The notes below the pieces were generated by a model, which was not told the DNA's origin, did not search any database, and saw nothing but the letters and a program-made list of their open reading frames with translations. 64,000 nt of DNA from an uncultured Kiloniellaceae bacterium (lineage in GTDB: Bacteria; Actinomycetota; Acidimicrobiia; Spongiisociales; UBA11373), in the NCBI GenBank assembly GCA_964194935.1, contig CAXMOL010000106.1, positions 2,058 through 66,057 on the forward strand. The letters are read 5' to 3'. This document shows, in pieces, positions 34,818-44,275 of the stretch; the stretch's first letter is position 1; each line of letters opens with the position of its first letter. The translations under genes and the position numbers were made by a program.

Positions 34818-36005
34818 ATGAGCACGTTTAGTTCCGACTTCGGCGCCCGCACGACGGCTCTCGTGGATGAAGGACTGTTCAAGGAGGAGCGAGTAATCGC
34901 CTCGTCCCAGGACGCCCGAATCCGTCTTGCCGATGGCGCTGAGGTAATAAACATGTGTGCCAACAACTACCTGGGCTTGGCCAATCATCCTGCGCTTGTG
35001 GAGGCCGCTCACAAGGCGCTCGATACATACGGATACGGGATGGCTTCGGTGCGCTTCATCTGTGGGACTCAGACTGTTCACGGCGAACTCGAAGACCGGA
35101 TCTCGAGTTTCCTGGGGATGGAAGACACGATCCTGTACTCGTCGTGTTTTGATGCCAACACCGGGCTGTTCGAGACGATCCTCGACGAGTCGGACGCAGT
35201 TATCTCCGATGCCCTGAATCATGCTTCGCTCATCGATGGGATCCGGCTGTGTAAGGCGCGACGGATGCGTTTCGCCAACAGTGACATGGGGGAGCTCACA
35301 GAGAGACTCGAAGAAGCGGCCGATGCTCGCTATCGACTGATCGTGACCGACGGCGTGTTCTCCATGGACGGGATGCTGGCGGATGTTCCGGCCATCGCGG
35401 ATTTGGCCGACAAGCACGATGCGATGGTGATGGTGGACGATTCCCACGCGGTCGGATTTGTCGGTGAGCGGGGCCACGGGACCGCCGAGGCGCGAGGAGC
35501 CGAAGGTCGTGTCGACATCCTCACCGGTACTTTTGGCAAGGCGCTGGGGGGCGCTTCCGGTGGGTACACCAGCGGCCCTGCAGAGGTGATCGGCTGGTTG
35601 CGACAGCGGTCTCGCCCCTATCTCTTCTCCAATTCCCTGGCTCCCGTGATTGCGGCGACGACCTTGCGGGCCCTCGACCTGATCGAAGAGTCGGATGAAC
35701 TTCGGGTCAAGTTGGCTGCAAACGCGGCATTGTTCCGCCAGGGGATGGAGGCCTCGGGGTTCTCGTTGGGGGGCGCAGGGCATCCGATCATCCCTGTCAT
35801 GCTCGGCGATGCCAAGGTTGCCGGAGAGATGGCCGCCCGCCTGCTCGAGGAGGGCATATATGTGATCGGATTCTCTTTCCCGGTGGTCCCCAAGGGAGAG
35901 GCCAGAATCAGAACCCAGATGTCGGCCGCTCATTCGTCTGATGACATAGAGCAAGCGGTGGCCGCATTCTCTCGAATCGGCACGGAGATGGGGGTGCTGG
36001 AGTGA
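34818..36005 (+). CDS. kbl: Glycine C-acetyltransferase (2-amino-3-ketobutyrate CoA ligase)
   Basis: 395 aa. ...NYLGLANHP..., ...[11 protein letters not shown]..., ...[14 protein letters not shown]..., ...GTFGKALGG... (PLP Lys), full-length Kbl similarity. The start is chosen at ATG 34818. Confidence 0.9.
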   Translation: MSTFSSDFGARTTALVDEGLFKEERVIASSQDARIRLADGAEVINMCANNYLGLANHPALVEAAHKALDTYGYGMASVRFICGTQTVHGELEDRISSFLGMEDTILYSSCFDANTGLFETILDESDAVISDALNHASLIDGIRLCKARRMRFANSDMGELTERLEEAADARYRLIVTDGVFSMDGMLADVPAIADLADKHDAMVMVDDSHAVGFVGERGHGTAEARGAEGRVDILTGTFGKALGGASGGYTSGPAEVIGWLRQRSRPYLFSNSLAPVIAATTLRALDLIEESDELRVKLAANAALFRQGMEASGFSLGGAGHPIIPVMLGDAKVAGEMAARLLEEGIYVIGFSFPVVPKGEARIRTQMSAAHSSDDIEQAVAAFSRIGTEMGVLE

Positions 36006-37030
36006 GAGCGCTGGTCAAGGCAAAGTCCGAACCGGGGTTGTGGCTGGACGAGATCGATATTCCCCGGCCCGACGATCGCGACGTCCTCATCAAGGTTTCC
36101 AAGACCTCCATCTGTGGGACCGATCTTCACATTTACAACTGGGATCAGTGGGCTCAGGAGACGATTCCGGTCCCGATGGCCGTGGGACATGAGTTCATGG
36201 GTGAGATCGTTCGGCTCGGCTCGGAGGTCAACGGCCTCGAGTTAGGTGCCCGGGTTTCCGGGGAGGGTCACATCACCTGCGGTCACTGCCGCAACTGTCG
36301 GGCCGGTCGTCGTCACTTCTGTCACAACCACCTCGGCCTCGGTGTCACCCGTCCCGGTGCGTTTGCCGAATACGTCACCCTTCCGGCTGAGAATGTCTTT
36401 CCAATACCGCAGCACATCGGAGACGACATCGCCTCGGTGTTGGATCCGCTCGGTAACGCCACCCACACCACTCTTGCTTTTGACCTCGTGGGCGAGGATG
36501 TGCTCATCACCGGAGCCGGGCCGATCGGGCTGATGGCGATCGCCATTGCACGGCACGTCGGGGCGCGGTTTGTGGTGATCACCGATATCAATCCGTACCG
36601 GTTGGAGTTGGCGAAAGGGCTCGGCGTTGATCGCGCTATCGATGTGCGGTCCGAGTCGATCGACTCGGTAATGACGGAGCTGGGCATGACGGAGGGGTTC
36701 GATGTGGGACTAGAGATGTCAGGGGCTGCCTCGGCGTTGAACCAGATGCTCGAAGCTATGAACCACGGCGGCAATGTGGCCGTCCTTGGCATTCCGTCGG
36801 GTGATATCACCGTTGAGATGAACGAGGTCATCTTCAAGGGGTTGACCGTAAAGGGCATCTACGGAAGACGTATCTTCGAGACTTGGTATAAGTCTGCTGC
36901 GATGCTGCAAAGCGGTCTTGATATCTCATCGATCGTGACCCACAATTTTGCGGCGGCTGACTTCGAGGACGCATTCGCCACTGTTGCTTCGGGTGAGTGC
37001 GGCAAGGTCGTGCTGGACTGGTTGGCGTGA
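36002..37030 (+). CDS. tdh: L-threonine 3-dehydrogenase (zinc ADH family)
   Basis: 342 aa. MRALVKAK...ICGTDLHIY...GHEF.GE..., Rossmann GAGPIGLMA. The GTG start overlaps the kbl stop. Confidence 0.9.
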   Translation: MRALVKAKSEPGLWLDEIDIPRPDDRDVLIKVSKTSICGTDLHIYNWDQWAQETIPVPMAVGHEFMGEIVRLGSEVNGLELGARVSGEGHITCGHCRNCRAGRRHFCHNHLGLGVTRPGAFAEYVTLPAENVFPIPQHIGDDIASVLDPLGNATHTTLAFDLVGEDVLITGAGPIGLMAIAIARHVGARFVVITDINPYRLELAKGLGVDRAIDVRSESIDSVMTELGMTEGFDVGLEMSGAASALNQMLEAMNHGGNVAVLGIPSGDITVEMNEVIFKGLTVKGIYGRRIFETWYKSAAMLQSGLDISSIVTHNFAAADFEDAFATVASGECGKVVLDWLA

Positions 37031-37446
37031 TGGATCTCTCGCTTGATCAGGCCGGACGGATAGTCGACGCGGCACTGGCACGGGGTAGGGAGATGGGCCT
37101 GGCTCCACTTGCGGTCGCGGTGCTGGACGCCGGAGGTCACCTCAAGGCTTTCAAACGCGAGGATGATGCGGGCATAATCCGGCCGCAGATCGCGATCGGC
37201 AAGGCATGGGGAGCTCTGGGAATGGGGATGGGGACCAGGGCTCTGGCCTCCAAGAGCCCCGAGTTCCTGGCTGCGTTGGGGGCGATGTCGGGGGGCAAGG
37301 TGGTGCCGTCGCCCGGTGGAGTACTGATCCGTCAGGGCGAGCGTGTCGTCGGCGCGGTTGGCATCACCGGAGACACGGGAGACAATGACGAGGCATGCGC
37401 GGTGGCGGGGATCGAGGCGGCTGGCCTCGAGGCGGACACCGGTTGA
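37030..37446 (+). CDS. GlcG/HbpS-like (DUF336) heme-binding protein
   Basis: About 138 aa. ...AVAVLDAGGHLKAFKREDDAG...IAIGKAWGALGMGM...GAVGITGDTGDNDEACAVAG... is the typical DUF336 pattern. The start ATG overlaps the tdh TGA. Confidence 0.7.
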   Translation: MDLSLDQAGRIVDAALARGREMGLAPLAVAVLDAGGHLKAFKREDDAGIIRPQIAIGKAWGALGMGMGTRALASKSPEFLAALGAMSGGKVVPSPGGVLIRQGERVVGAVGITGDTGDNDEACAVAGIEAAGLEADTG

Positions 37447-37526
37447 GGCAGCGGCCTTTGGTCCCTACCGGGCCGAGCGTGGCTCCTGCAGGGTGATGCA
37501 AAACAACTATCAAGAAGGGTCGTGAC

Positions 37527-38864
37527 ATGCGGCGCAAGGTGATCGTGATCGGGGCGGCTGGCCGCGATTTTCACAATTTCAACACTAGGTACCGCAATGA
37601 TGAATCAACCGAGGTCGTGGCCTTTACAGCCGCCCAGATTCCCGGCATCGAGGGGCGCCGATACCCCGCCGAATTGGCCGGCCCGTTGTACCCCGATGGA
37701 ATCCCGATCCACGCCGAGGATGAACTCCCGCAACTGATCGAGGCGCTGGGGGTCGATGAATGCGCCTTTTCATATAGCGACATCTCATATGACCATGTGA
37801 TGCGGGTCGGGGCAGTCGTAATGGCAGCCGGAGCATCCTTCACGCTGTTGGGGCCGACAGATACGCAGATCCGCAGCACCAAACCGGTGGTCGCAGTGTG
37901 CGCTGTTCGCACCGGCGCCGGCAAGAGCCAAACGGCGCGGCGGGCAGTCGAGGTTCTGATGAGCAAAGGGCTGAAGGTCGTGGCGGTTCGGCATCCAATG
38001 CCATACGGAAATCTTGTGGCCCAGAAGGTGCAGCGGTTTGCCGAGATCGAAGACCTCGAGCGCCACGATTGCACCATCGAAGAGATGGAGGAATACGAGC
38101 CCCATATTGTGCGCGGCAACGTGATCTATGCGGGCAACGATTACGAGGCCATCGTTCGGGCGGCCGAAGATGATCCCGACGGGTGTGACGTAATCGTGTG
38201 GGATGGCGGAAACAACGATGTGTCCTTCTACGAAACGGATCTCTTGATAACGGTTGTCGACCCTCACCGGCCGGGTCACGAGTTGGCGTACTACCCCGGA
38301 GAGGTCAACTTTCGACGGGCTGATGTGATCGTGATGAACAAGATGGACAGCGCTGGGCGAGAGGGAATCGACGAGGTAAAAGCGAACATCGCTGAGCACA
38401 ATCCGACCGCCACCGTCATCGAGGCCGCTTCGCCACCGGTGCTGCAGAATCCGGACATCGTGCGCGGTAAGAGGGTGCTGGTGGTCGAGGACGGGCCGAC
38501 ACTGACGCACGGCGGAATGAAGATCGGCGCGGGTGTTGTGGCGGCTGCCCAACACGGGGCGGCGGCCTTTGTCGATCCGCGACCGTATTTGGTCGGAAGC
38601 CTTGTCGACACGTTCGAAAAGTATCCCGAGATTGGCACCGTCCTCCCGGCGATGGGTTATGGCGCCGATCAGATAAAGGACTTGCAGGCAACTATCAACG
38701 CCACCGAATGCGATGTTGTAGTGATCGGGACGCCGATCGATCTGACGCGAGTGCTCGAAATCGACAAACCGCACACCAGGGTCACCTACGACCTCGATGA
38801 AATGGGCCATCCCGATATGGATGATGTCCTTACCGGATTCGTCGAGGTGATGGGGCTCGGGTAG
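37527..38864 (+). CDS. COG2403-type predicted P-loop GTPase (cyclic 2,3-diphosphoglycerate-synthetase-like family)
   Basis: 445 aa. N-terminus MRRKVIVIGAAGRDFHNFN and an internal Walker A VAVCAVRTGAGKSQTARR. The overall layout resembles the archaeal cDPG synthetase / bacterial COG2403 family. Assignment is from memory, not searchable here. Confidence 0.55.
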   Translation: MRRKVIVIGAAGRDFHNFNTRYRNDESTEVVAFTAAQIPGIEGRRYPAELAGPLYPDGIPIHAEDELPQLIEALGVDECAFSYSDISYDHVMRVGAVVMAAGASFTLLGPTDTQIRSTKPVVAVCAVRTGAGKSQTARRAVEVLMSKGLKVVAVRHPMPYGNLVAQKVQRFAEIEDLERHDCTIEEMEEYEPHIVRGNVIYAGNDYEAIVRAAEDDPDGCDVIVWDGGNNDVSFYETDLLITVVDPHRPGHELAYYPGEVNFRRADVIVMNKMDSAGREGIDEVKANIAEHNPTATVIEAASPPVLQNPDIVRGKRVLVVEDGPTLTHGGMKIGAGVVAAAQHGAAAFVDPRPYLVGSLVDTFEKYPEIGTVLPAMGYGADQIKDLQATINATECDVVVIGTPIDLTRVLEIDKPHTRVTYDLDEMGHPDMDDVLTGFVEVMGLG

Positions 38865-39135
38865 TCGTACGGTCCTTTTCCTACGCACGCTCTGACCGCC
38901 GCGGGTAGGTTCGGGATCCGAGACGGACGCAAGGGAGCCTCGGGCACCAACGCTGGCGCGCTGCCGGTGGTGCTGGGGTTCATGGGGTGGGACCCGATGA
39001 TCGAGATCTGCGAGTTTTGGAACGCCCTATGGAACGACGCCTGGGGAACCTGGGATGGTCTGTGGTTGTTTCAGGTCCGACAGCGGCCGATAGATCGAGC
39101 CCTGAGCGAGCCCCGCTTCGTCGAGGTGCTGGGAC

Positions 39136-39504
39136 TTGGCTAGTCGGATTCCCGGGTTCGGGAGCCTGGTCTTGGTCGCCGCGGTGGCCATTTCGGCTTG
39201 TGGGGGAGGCGAATCCGTCGCCGTAGATGTCCCCGACGATGCCACCTTCTGCTCGGTGTTCTTGGGCGAATACAAGGCTGCTTTGAGTGACGCCGTGGCG
39301 GCCACCGACGCCGGGTTTGATGCTGCATCGGCTCGAATCAACGCCTGGGCCGAGGTATTGGTCTCGCTCGCTCCGGAGGAGATTGGTGTTCAGTCCAAGG
39401 ACAATCTGTTGTATCACCAAGCCCAGGCGGATCTTCTCTCGGCGGCTGCGTTCATCCCGGGGAGCAATGAGATGCATGCTTGGGCCAATGCCAACTGCGG
39501 CTAG
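39136..39504 (+). CDS. Hypothetical lipoprotein
   Basis: TTG start. Signal peptide GFGSLVLVAAVAISAC with a lipobox-like AISAC, a small Ala-rich mature domain, and a C-terminal Cys. Confidence 0.5.
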   Translation: MASRIPGFGSLVLVAAVAISACGGGESVAVDVPDDATFCSVFLGEYKAALSDAVAATDAGFDAASARINAWAEVLVSLAPEEIGVQSKDNLLYHQAQADLLSAAAFIPGSNEMHAWANANCG

Positions 39505-39537
39505 CCCTTCAAGATCCGCCTAGCCCGGGGAATCGAG

Positions 39538-41166
39538 TCAGGGAGAAGGCCGTTTCATGATCGGCTGCAGGAACCGTGCGCTGCGCAATGGTTCGGCGGC
39601 GGCGGCGGCGAGCACCCCACCGCCGAGTGCTCCCGCAATTCCGGGCGCAGACGCGTCGGCGCCCCCAAGGTAAAGGCCCTTGACCTCGGAGCGGGGGACA
39701 AGGGACTGGTCGGCAAATCGCTCCGGTGCTGTCCCGAGCCCATAGATCGAACCTTGTGGCGATGCGGCGAAGTGGTTGGTCGATAGCGGGGTCGACATCT
39801 CGACGTGATCAACGAATGGGGCGAGATCCGGGTATTCGTCCAGGTATTGCTGCAACAGTCGGTCGGTGAGTTCCGTTTTGAACGCGTCGTATTCGGCCCC
39901 CCGCTTTTTCCATCGGCTGCCCTGCCACCGACCAAACGCATCCCAGGGAACGAATGTGATTGCCTCACCCGTGTTTCGTAGCTCCGGCCCCGGGTCGTGC
40001 TGGGGATCCTTGAGTGACGGGAAGCTACAGAACATCACCGGCGTGCGACCGGGGGTGCGATCCGGATCTACATCCCACCCTGCAATCTCCATGTCCCAGG
40101 AGTCGTAGTACCACTGGCAGTACCGCTTGGCACCCTTGGCGCCTATGTCGCCCTTGAATCCGATGTACAGACTGACGTGTGCCGGACCGGCCTCGCGGTA
40201 CGGTGCCTGAGAGCCAGGCAGGCCGGCTTCGAGCAAGTTGGATGTGGGGATCGCTCCTGCAGTGCTGATGACCCGTTTGGCGGCGATTTCGGCGCCACTT
40301 GCCAGGCGGACACCGGTGACCGTTCCCCGTCGGGTGACGATTTGATCGACTGTGTGGCGTACGGCCGTCCATCCGCCCCCGTCGGCGACCGTCGTCAGGA
40401 GAGCCGGCGCGATGCTGGAAGCACCGCCGACCGGGTAGTAGGCGCCGTGTAGGAAGTGGCGCACCATGAGCGCGTGCATCGCAAAAGAGGACCGGGCCGG
40501 GGTGGCCCCGTAATACCCCCACTGGGCGGCGAGGACGGCTCGGAGGCGGGGGTCCGAGGTGAGCGATGCCAGGACTTCAGCCGTAGTCGCGCTCATGTAC
40601 TCCTGGGCGGTTGCTGTGGCCCGCTTACGGCCGCTCGTGGGCAGCAGGCGCGGCATGGCTCGAACCTGCAGTGCTTTGGCTGTCGAGCGGGCTGCGGTGC
40701 GGGTAATCATCAGGTACTCGTCAACGGCGCTGCGTTCCTCGGGAAACGCGTCTATCAAGGTCTCGCGAAACGCCTCCGGCGTATCCGGAAGTTGGATTGA
40801 GAAGCCATCGGGAAAGTTGAATTCGTCGTAGAACTCCCCAACCGGCTGCCACTGGAGACGCCCGTCGGTCAGTGTCTGGAGCAGGCGACCCGGATAGCTC
40901 GCCTCGGACATCTCACCCACGATGTGTACTCCGACATCCCAGCGATATCCGGGTCGCTTGAACATCTGAGTGAAGCCGCCGGGGATGTTGTGCTGTTCCA
41001 GGACGAGGACCCTTCGCCCCAGTTTGGAAAGCATTGCTGCAGACGCCATTCCGCCGATGCCGGACCCGATGACGATGTAGTCCCAGGGGCCGTCTGGAAT
41101 CTCATGACTCCACGGTCGGTTTGGCTGGTCGGTCAAGCGCCCCCGGCAGGAATCGAACCTACTCAT
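39538..41166 (-). CDS. FAD/NAD(P)-binding oxidoreductase of the phytoene-desaturase (CrtI/retinol-saturase-like) family
   Basis: N-terminal dinucleotide-binding DYIVIGSGIGGMASAAMLSKLGRRVLVLEQ...GG, and a C-terminal ...LYLGGADASAPGIAG... typical of CrtI-family amine-oxidase-fold enzymes. The first 11 codons of the tracked ORF lie inside a duplicated tRNA 3'-end fragment, so the true start is probably the downstream TTG (LTDQPNRPW...). Confidence 0.8.
   Translation of the reverse strand: MSRFDSCRGRLTDQPNRPWSHEIPDGPWDYIVIGSGIGGMASAAMLSKLGRRVLVLEQHNIPGGFTQMFKRPGYRWDVGVHIVGEMSEASYPGRLLQTLTDGRLQWQPVGEFYDEFNFPDGFSIQLPDTPEAFRETLIDAFPEERSAVDEYLMITRTAARSTAKALQVRAMPRLLPTSGRKRATATAQEYMSATTAEVLASLTSDPRLRAVLAAQWGYYGATPARSSFAMHALMVRHFLHGAYYPVGGASSIAPALLTTVADGGGWTAVRHTVDQIVTRRGTVTGVRLASGAEIAAKRVISTAGAIPTSNLLEAGLPGSQAPYREAGPAHVSLYIGFKGDIGAKGAKRYCQWYYDSWDMEIAGWDVDPDRTPGRTPVMFCSFPSLKDPQHDPGPELRNTGEAITFVPWDAFGRWQGSRWKKRGAEYDAFKTELTDRLLQQYLDEYPDLAPFVDHVEMSTPLSTNHFAASPQGSIYGLGTAPERFADQSLVPRSEVKGLYLGGADASAPGIAGALGGGVLAAAAAEPLRSARFLQPIMKRPSP
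41132..41160. repeat. 29-nt direct repeat copy of the tRNA-Arg 3' end plus 6 nt of flank (att-like scar)
   Basis: gtcaagcgcccccggcaggaatcgaacct at 41132-41160 is identical to 41271-41299. The latter covers the 3' acceptor/T-arm of tRNA-Arg (41277-41349, minus strand) plus gtcaag of flank. Confidence 0.85.
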
Positions 41167-41276
41167 GGGGTACCGAGCGAAGCGAGGTTCGTTGGTCGTG
41201 ACGTCGAGCCCGGATAGGGCTCGAAAGGATGCGACCCCTCGGCCGGTTGGTCGGGCTTTGTGTCCGCTCTGTCAAG

Positions 41277-41349
41277 CGCCCCCGGCAGGAATCGAACCTG
41301 CGCACCCGGCTCCGGAGGCCGGTGCTCTAATCCCCTGAGCTACGAGGGC
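41277..41349 (-). tRNA. tRNA-Arg (anticodon CCG)
   Basis: Reverse complement GCCCTCGTAGCTCAGGGGATTAGAGCACCGGCCTCCGGAGCCGGGTGCGCAGGTTCGATTCCTGCCGGGGGCG folds as a cloverleaf. Acceptor GCCCUCG/CGGGGGC, D-arm GCUC/GAGC, anticodon stem CCGGC/GCCGG with loop CUCCGGA (CCG), T-arm GCAGG-UUCGAUU-CCUGC. CCA is not encoded. Confidence 0.85.
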
Positions 41350-41413
41350 AGCGCATCGAGTGTACCGATGGACCAATCGGTGGATAATCCACCGGTACGA
41401 TCAAGTACCTCTT

Positions 41414-43078
41414 ATGACTTCATTCCCCGACGTGATCGAACAAGCGGTGCAAAGCGCTCTCGCGTCGGTTACCGCTGCCGGGTCGATACCGGAGCTGGGA
41501 ACCGTCGCGTTCGTAGTGGAGCGTCCGCGTGATCGCGATCATGGCGACTGGGCGACGAACATTGCGTTGGTCGCAGCAAAGCAAGCCGGAGTTGCGCCGC
41601 CGGATCTGGCTGCGCTCGTTGTCGAGCATCTACCGGACGTCCCCTACCTGGCGTCGACTGATATCGCGGGCCCCGGATTCATCAATTTCACTCTTGCTCC
41701 CGACTGGTATCACGAGGTGCTGCGCAAGGCCGCCGATGGTGGACCCGACCATGCCCGCGGTAAGCGGGGATCCGGAGAGCGGATTCAGGTCGAGTTCGTT
41801 TCCTCGAATCCGAACGGCCCGCTTCACATAGGCCATGGGCGCGGCGGGGTAATAGGCGATGTCATCGCCAATGCCCTCGACTACGCCGGCTATCCGGTGA
41901 GTCGCGAGTACTACTACAACGATGCCGGTGTGCAGATGGACCGCTACGCCGCCAGCCTCGAGGCGCTCTACCTCGAAGTCAACGGTCTCGATACCGAATT
42001 TCCCGAGGACGGATATCACGGCGCGTATGTCAGGGAGTGGGCCGAGCAATTGTTCGCCGAGCAGGGTGACTCTCTGGTGGATCTGGACGACCGCCGAGAC
42101 CGGATTCGGCAATGGGGACTGGAGCGGGCGATGCTCGAGATCGAGGAAACGCTGGAAATGGCCGGTATCAGTTTCGATCAATGGTTCAGCGAGACGACGC
42201 TGCACGAAAGCGGTGACGTAGATCGTTCGATAGAGGTTCTCCGGGAGCGCGGTCACGTCTACGAAGACGACGGCGCCTCGTGGTTCCGGACCACCGACTT
42301 TGGAGACGAAAAGGATCGGGTGCTGGTCAAGTCGGATGGGGAGTACACCTACATCGCTCCTGACATCGCTTATCACCGAGATAAATTCGAGCGTGGCTTC
42401 GATCGTGCCATCAACGTTTGGGGTGCCGATCACCATGGCTACATCCCTCGGATGAAGGCAGCGGTACAGGCACTGGGGTATGAGCCCGATCGCCTCGAGG
42501 TCCTGATCAATCAAATGGTCAACGTGAGCCGCGGCGGGGACCCGGTACGCATGTCGATGCGGACGGGGGAGTTCATCTCCTTCCGTGAGGTCCTAGAGGA
42601 GGTGGGGACCGACGCCACCCGATTCCATCTTGCGGCGTTTAGTCCCGATACCACCATCAACTTCGATCTGGAGGAGGCCAAGGCGCAGTCGATGGACAAC
42701 CCGGTCTACTACCTCCAATACGCGCACGCCAGGATGTGTTCTCTGGAGGCCTTTGCCGCCGAGCAGGGCATTGTGCGCCAGCCGATGGACGAAGTCGATC
42801 TGTCGGTGTTGGACCATCCGGCCGAATTCGCTCTGCTCCGTGAAGCCGACCGCCTCGGTGAAGAGATCGCCGAGGCTGCGAGGCGCCGTGCCCCGCATCG
42901 CGTTGCCACCTACGGCACCGACTTCGCTACCGCCTTCCACCGGTTCTATAGCGAGTGCCGGGTGGTCGTTGACGATCCTGGCGTCACCCAAGCCCGCTTG
43001 TGGCTCATTGCCGCCAGCAAGAGTGTGATCCTGGCGGTATTGGGGGTGCTCGGCCTGAGCGCTCCCGAGACGATGTGA
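41414..43078 (+). CDS. argS: Arginine--tRNA ligase
   Basis: 554 aa from ATG 41414. ...VEFVSSNPNGPLHIGHGRGGVIGD... (HIGH class I motif), a C-terminal KMSK-like ...MSMRTGEF..., and the anticodon-binding domain. Confidence 0.9.
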   Translation: MTSFPDVIEQAVQSALASVTAAGSIPELGTVAFVVERPRDRDHGDWATNIALVAAKQAGVAPPDLAALVVEHLPDVPYLASTDIAGPGFINFTLAPDWYHEVLRKAADGGPDHARGKRGSGERIQVEFVSSNPNGPLHIGHGRGGVIGDVIANALDYAGYPVSREYYYNDAGVQMDRYAASLEALYLEVNGLDTEFPEDGYHGAYVREWAEQLFAEQGDSLVDLDDRRDRIRQWGLERAMLEIEETLEMAGISFDQWFSETTLHESGDVDRSIEVLRERGHVYEDDGASWFRTTDFGDEKDRVLVKSDGEYTYIAPDIAYHRDKFERGFDRAINVWGADHHGYIPRMKAAVQALGYEPDRLEVLINQMVNVSRGGDPVRMSMRTGEFISFREVLEEVGTDATRFHLAAFSPDTTINFDLEEAKAQSMDNPVYYLQYAHARMCSLEAFAAEQGIVRQPMDEVDLSVLDHPAEFALLREADRLGEEIAEAARRRAPHRVATYGTDFATAFHRFYSECRVVVDDPGVTQARLWLIAASKSVILAVLGVLGLSAPETM

Positions 43079-43087
43079 CCAAGATTC

Positions 43088-44215
43088 TCACCGGTCACGA
43101 CTCTTGGTAATGGCGGGCTTGTCTGCCGTCTGCAATGCCCGGGAGAATCGCAGGATTGCGGTGAAGATGTCGGCCACCGAATCTTCCGAAAGGCCCCGCT
43201 CCTTGGCCCACTGGCGGCGCTGTTCAAGCAGTGCCTGCTCGCGACTCGGATCGCGCACCGATCGTCCGCTCTCAGACTTGAAACGGCCCGCTCGGTCCAC
43301 CAGATGGCTTCGCTGAGCCAGGAGTTGGACGATCTCCGCGTCGACTTCGTCGATCAAGTCCCGCGTCTTCATCAGTTCTGGGGCTTGATCGCCCAGGTCG
43401 GGGATGGCGAAGGCAGGCGAGGCGGCAGAACCTGAGGATTCGATCTCCAGCTCCTCCAATTGGCCGTGAACCAGCAATAGAGAATCGAGCAGGGCTTGAC
43501 GGGCGTCGGCGGCGAAAGGATTGTCTCGCTCGATCGCCAGGAAGAGATGACTTGCATCGCCACGGACGGATTCGATCGTCTGTCCGAGGGCCTGGAATGA
43601 AGGCGGGGAGAAGGCCAGGTCTTCGGCTGCTCCGATATCGATGAGTCCCTTGGCGATGAAGAAAGCCATCGCGTGGGTGCGAGCCATCAATCGATCGTGT
43701 TCGAATTCGGGCTGCTCGATGACTTGGCATCCGATTCGTTCGTACAGGCGGCGGGCCCTTTGCGCTGCCCGCGGCTGAAGCTCGTTGGGGCAGACCACGG
43801 CTCGCAGCGGTCGTTCGCCGCGGGCGATGTTGGTCGGACCAAAGAGCGGATGAGTTCCCGCCCATTCAACGTCGGCACCGAGTACGTCGGTCATCGCCTT
43901 TATGGGACCCACCTTGACGCTGCCCACATCTATCACTAGTTGGCCCTCGCGCAGGAGGGGTTTGAGATCAGTGAGCGCTGCTCTGATCTGACCAACCGGC
44001 GTGGCCACCACAACGACGTTCGCCTTGGCGACCAGCTCGCTCAAGTCGGTGGTCCCTAGCTCTTGGGGTGGTTCGACGAACGGGTCCCACGCTCGGACGG
44101 CGACTGGCGTCGCGAGCAAGAGTTCCGATAGGGCGCGGCCGAAATGACCGAATCCGACGATGGCGACTGATGTGTCGGCGGGCATTTCTCCGAGTCTCTT
44201 CGGTGGTCGCTCCAT
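43088..44215 (-). CDS. Prephenate dehydrogenase with a C-terminal AroQ chorismate-mutase domain (PDH-CM fusion)
   Basis: N-terminal Rossmann VAIVGFGHFGRALSEL and a prephenate dehydrogenase core. The C-terminal roughly 90 aa (...ELMKTRDLIDEVDAEIVQLLAQRSHLVDRAGRFK...DPSREQALLEQ...) is AroQ-type chorismate mutase. The start is M1 (44215) or M11 (44185). Confidence 0.8.
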   Translation of the reverse strand: MERPPKRLGEMPADTSVAIVGFGHFGRALSELLLATPVAVRAWDPFVEPPQELGTTDLSELVAKANVVVVATPVGQIRAALTDLKPLLREGQLVIDVGSVKVGPIKAMTDVLGADVEWAGTHPLFGPTNIARGERPLRAVVCPNELQPRAAQRARRLYERIGCQVIEQPEFEHDRLMARTHAMAFFIAKGLIDIGAAEDLAFSPPSFQALGQTIESVRGDASHLFLAIERDNPFAADARQALLDSLLLVHGQLEELEIESSGSAASPAFAIPDLGDQAPELMKTRDLIDEVDAEIVQLLAQRSHLVDRAGRFKSESGRSVRDPSREQALLEQRRQWAKERGLSEDSVADIFTAILRFSRALQTADKPAITKSRDR

Positions 44216-44275
44216 TTACTCGCCAGAGTAGGACTTGACGCCAATGCACCGATTCGCTGACGGTACGATCCGGCA

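Noticed and set aside
38980-39477. 165-aa minus-strand ORF overlapping the lipoprotein gene
   Set aside because: Arg-rich low-complexity translation with no start context. The plus-strand ORF has a clear signal peptide/lipobox.
41161-41270. Possible second tRNA between the tRNA-Arg 3'-end duplicate and the intact tRNA-Arg
   Set aside because: The segment shares the T-arm/acceptor 3' half, but no complementary 5' acceptor strand or D/anticodon arms can be formed. It is a fragment and not a gene.
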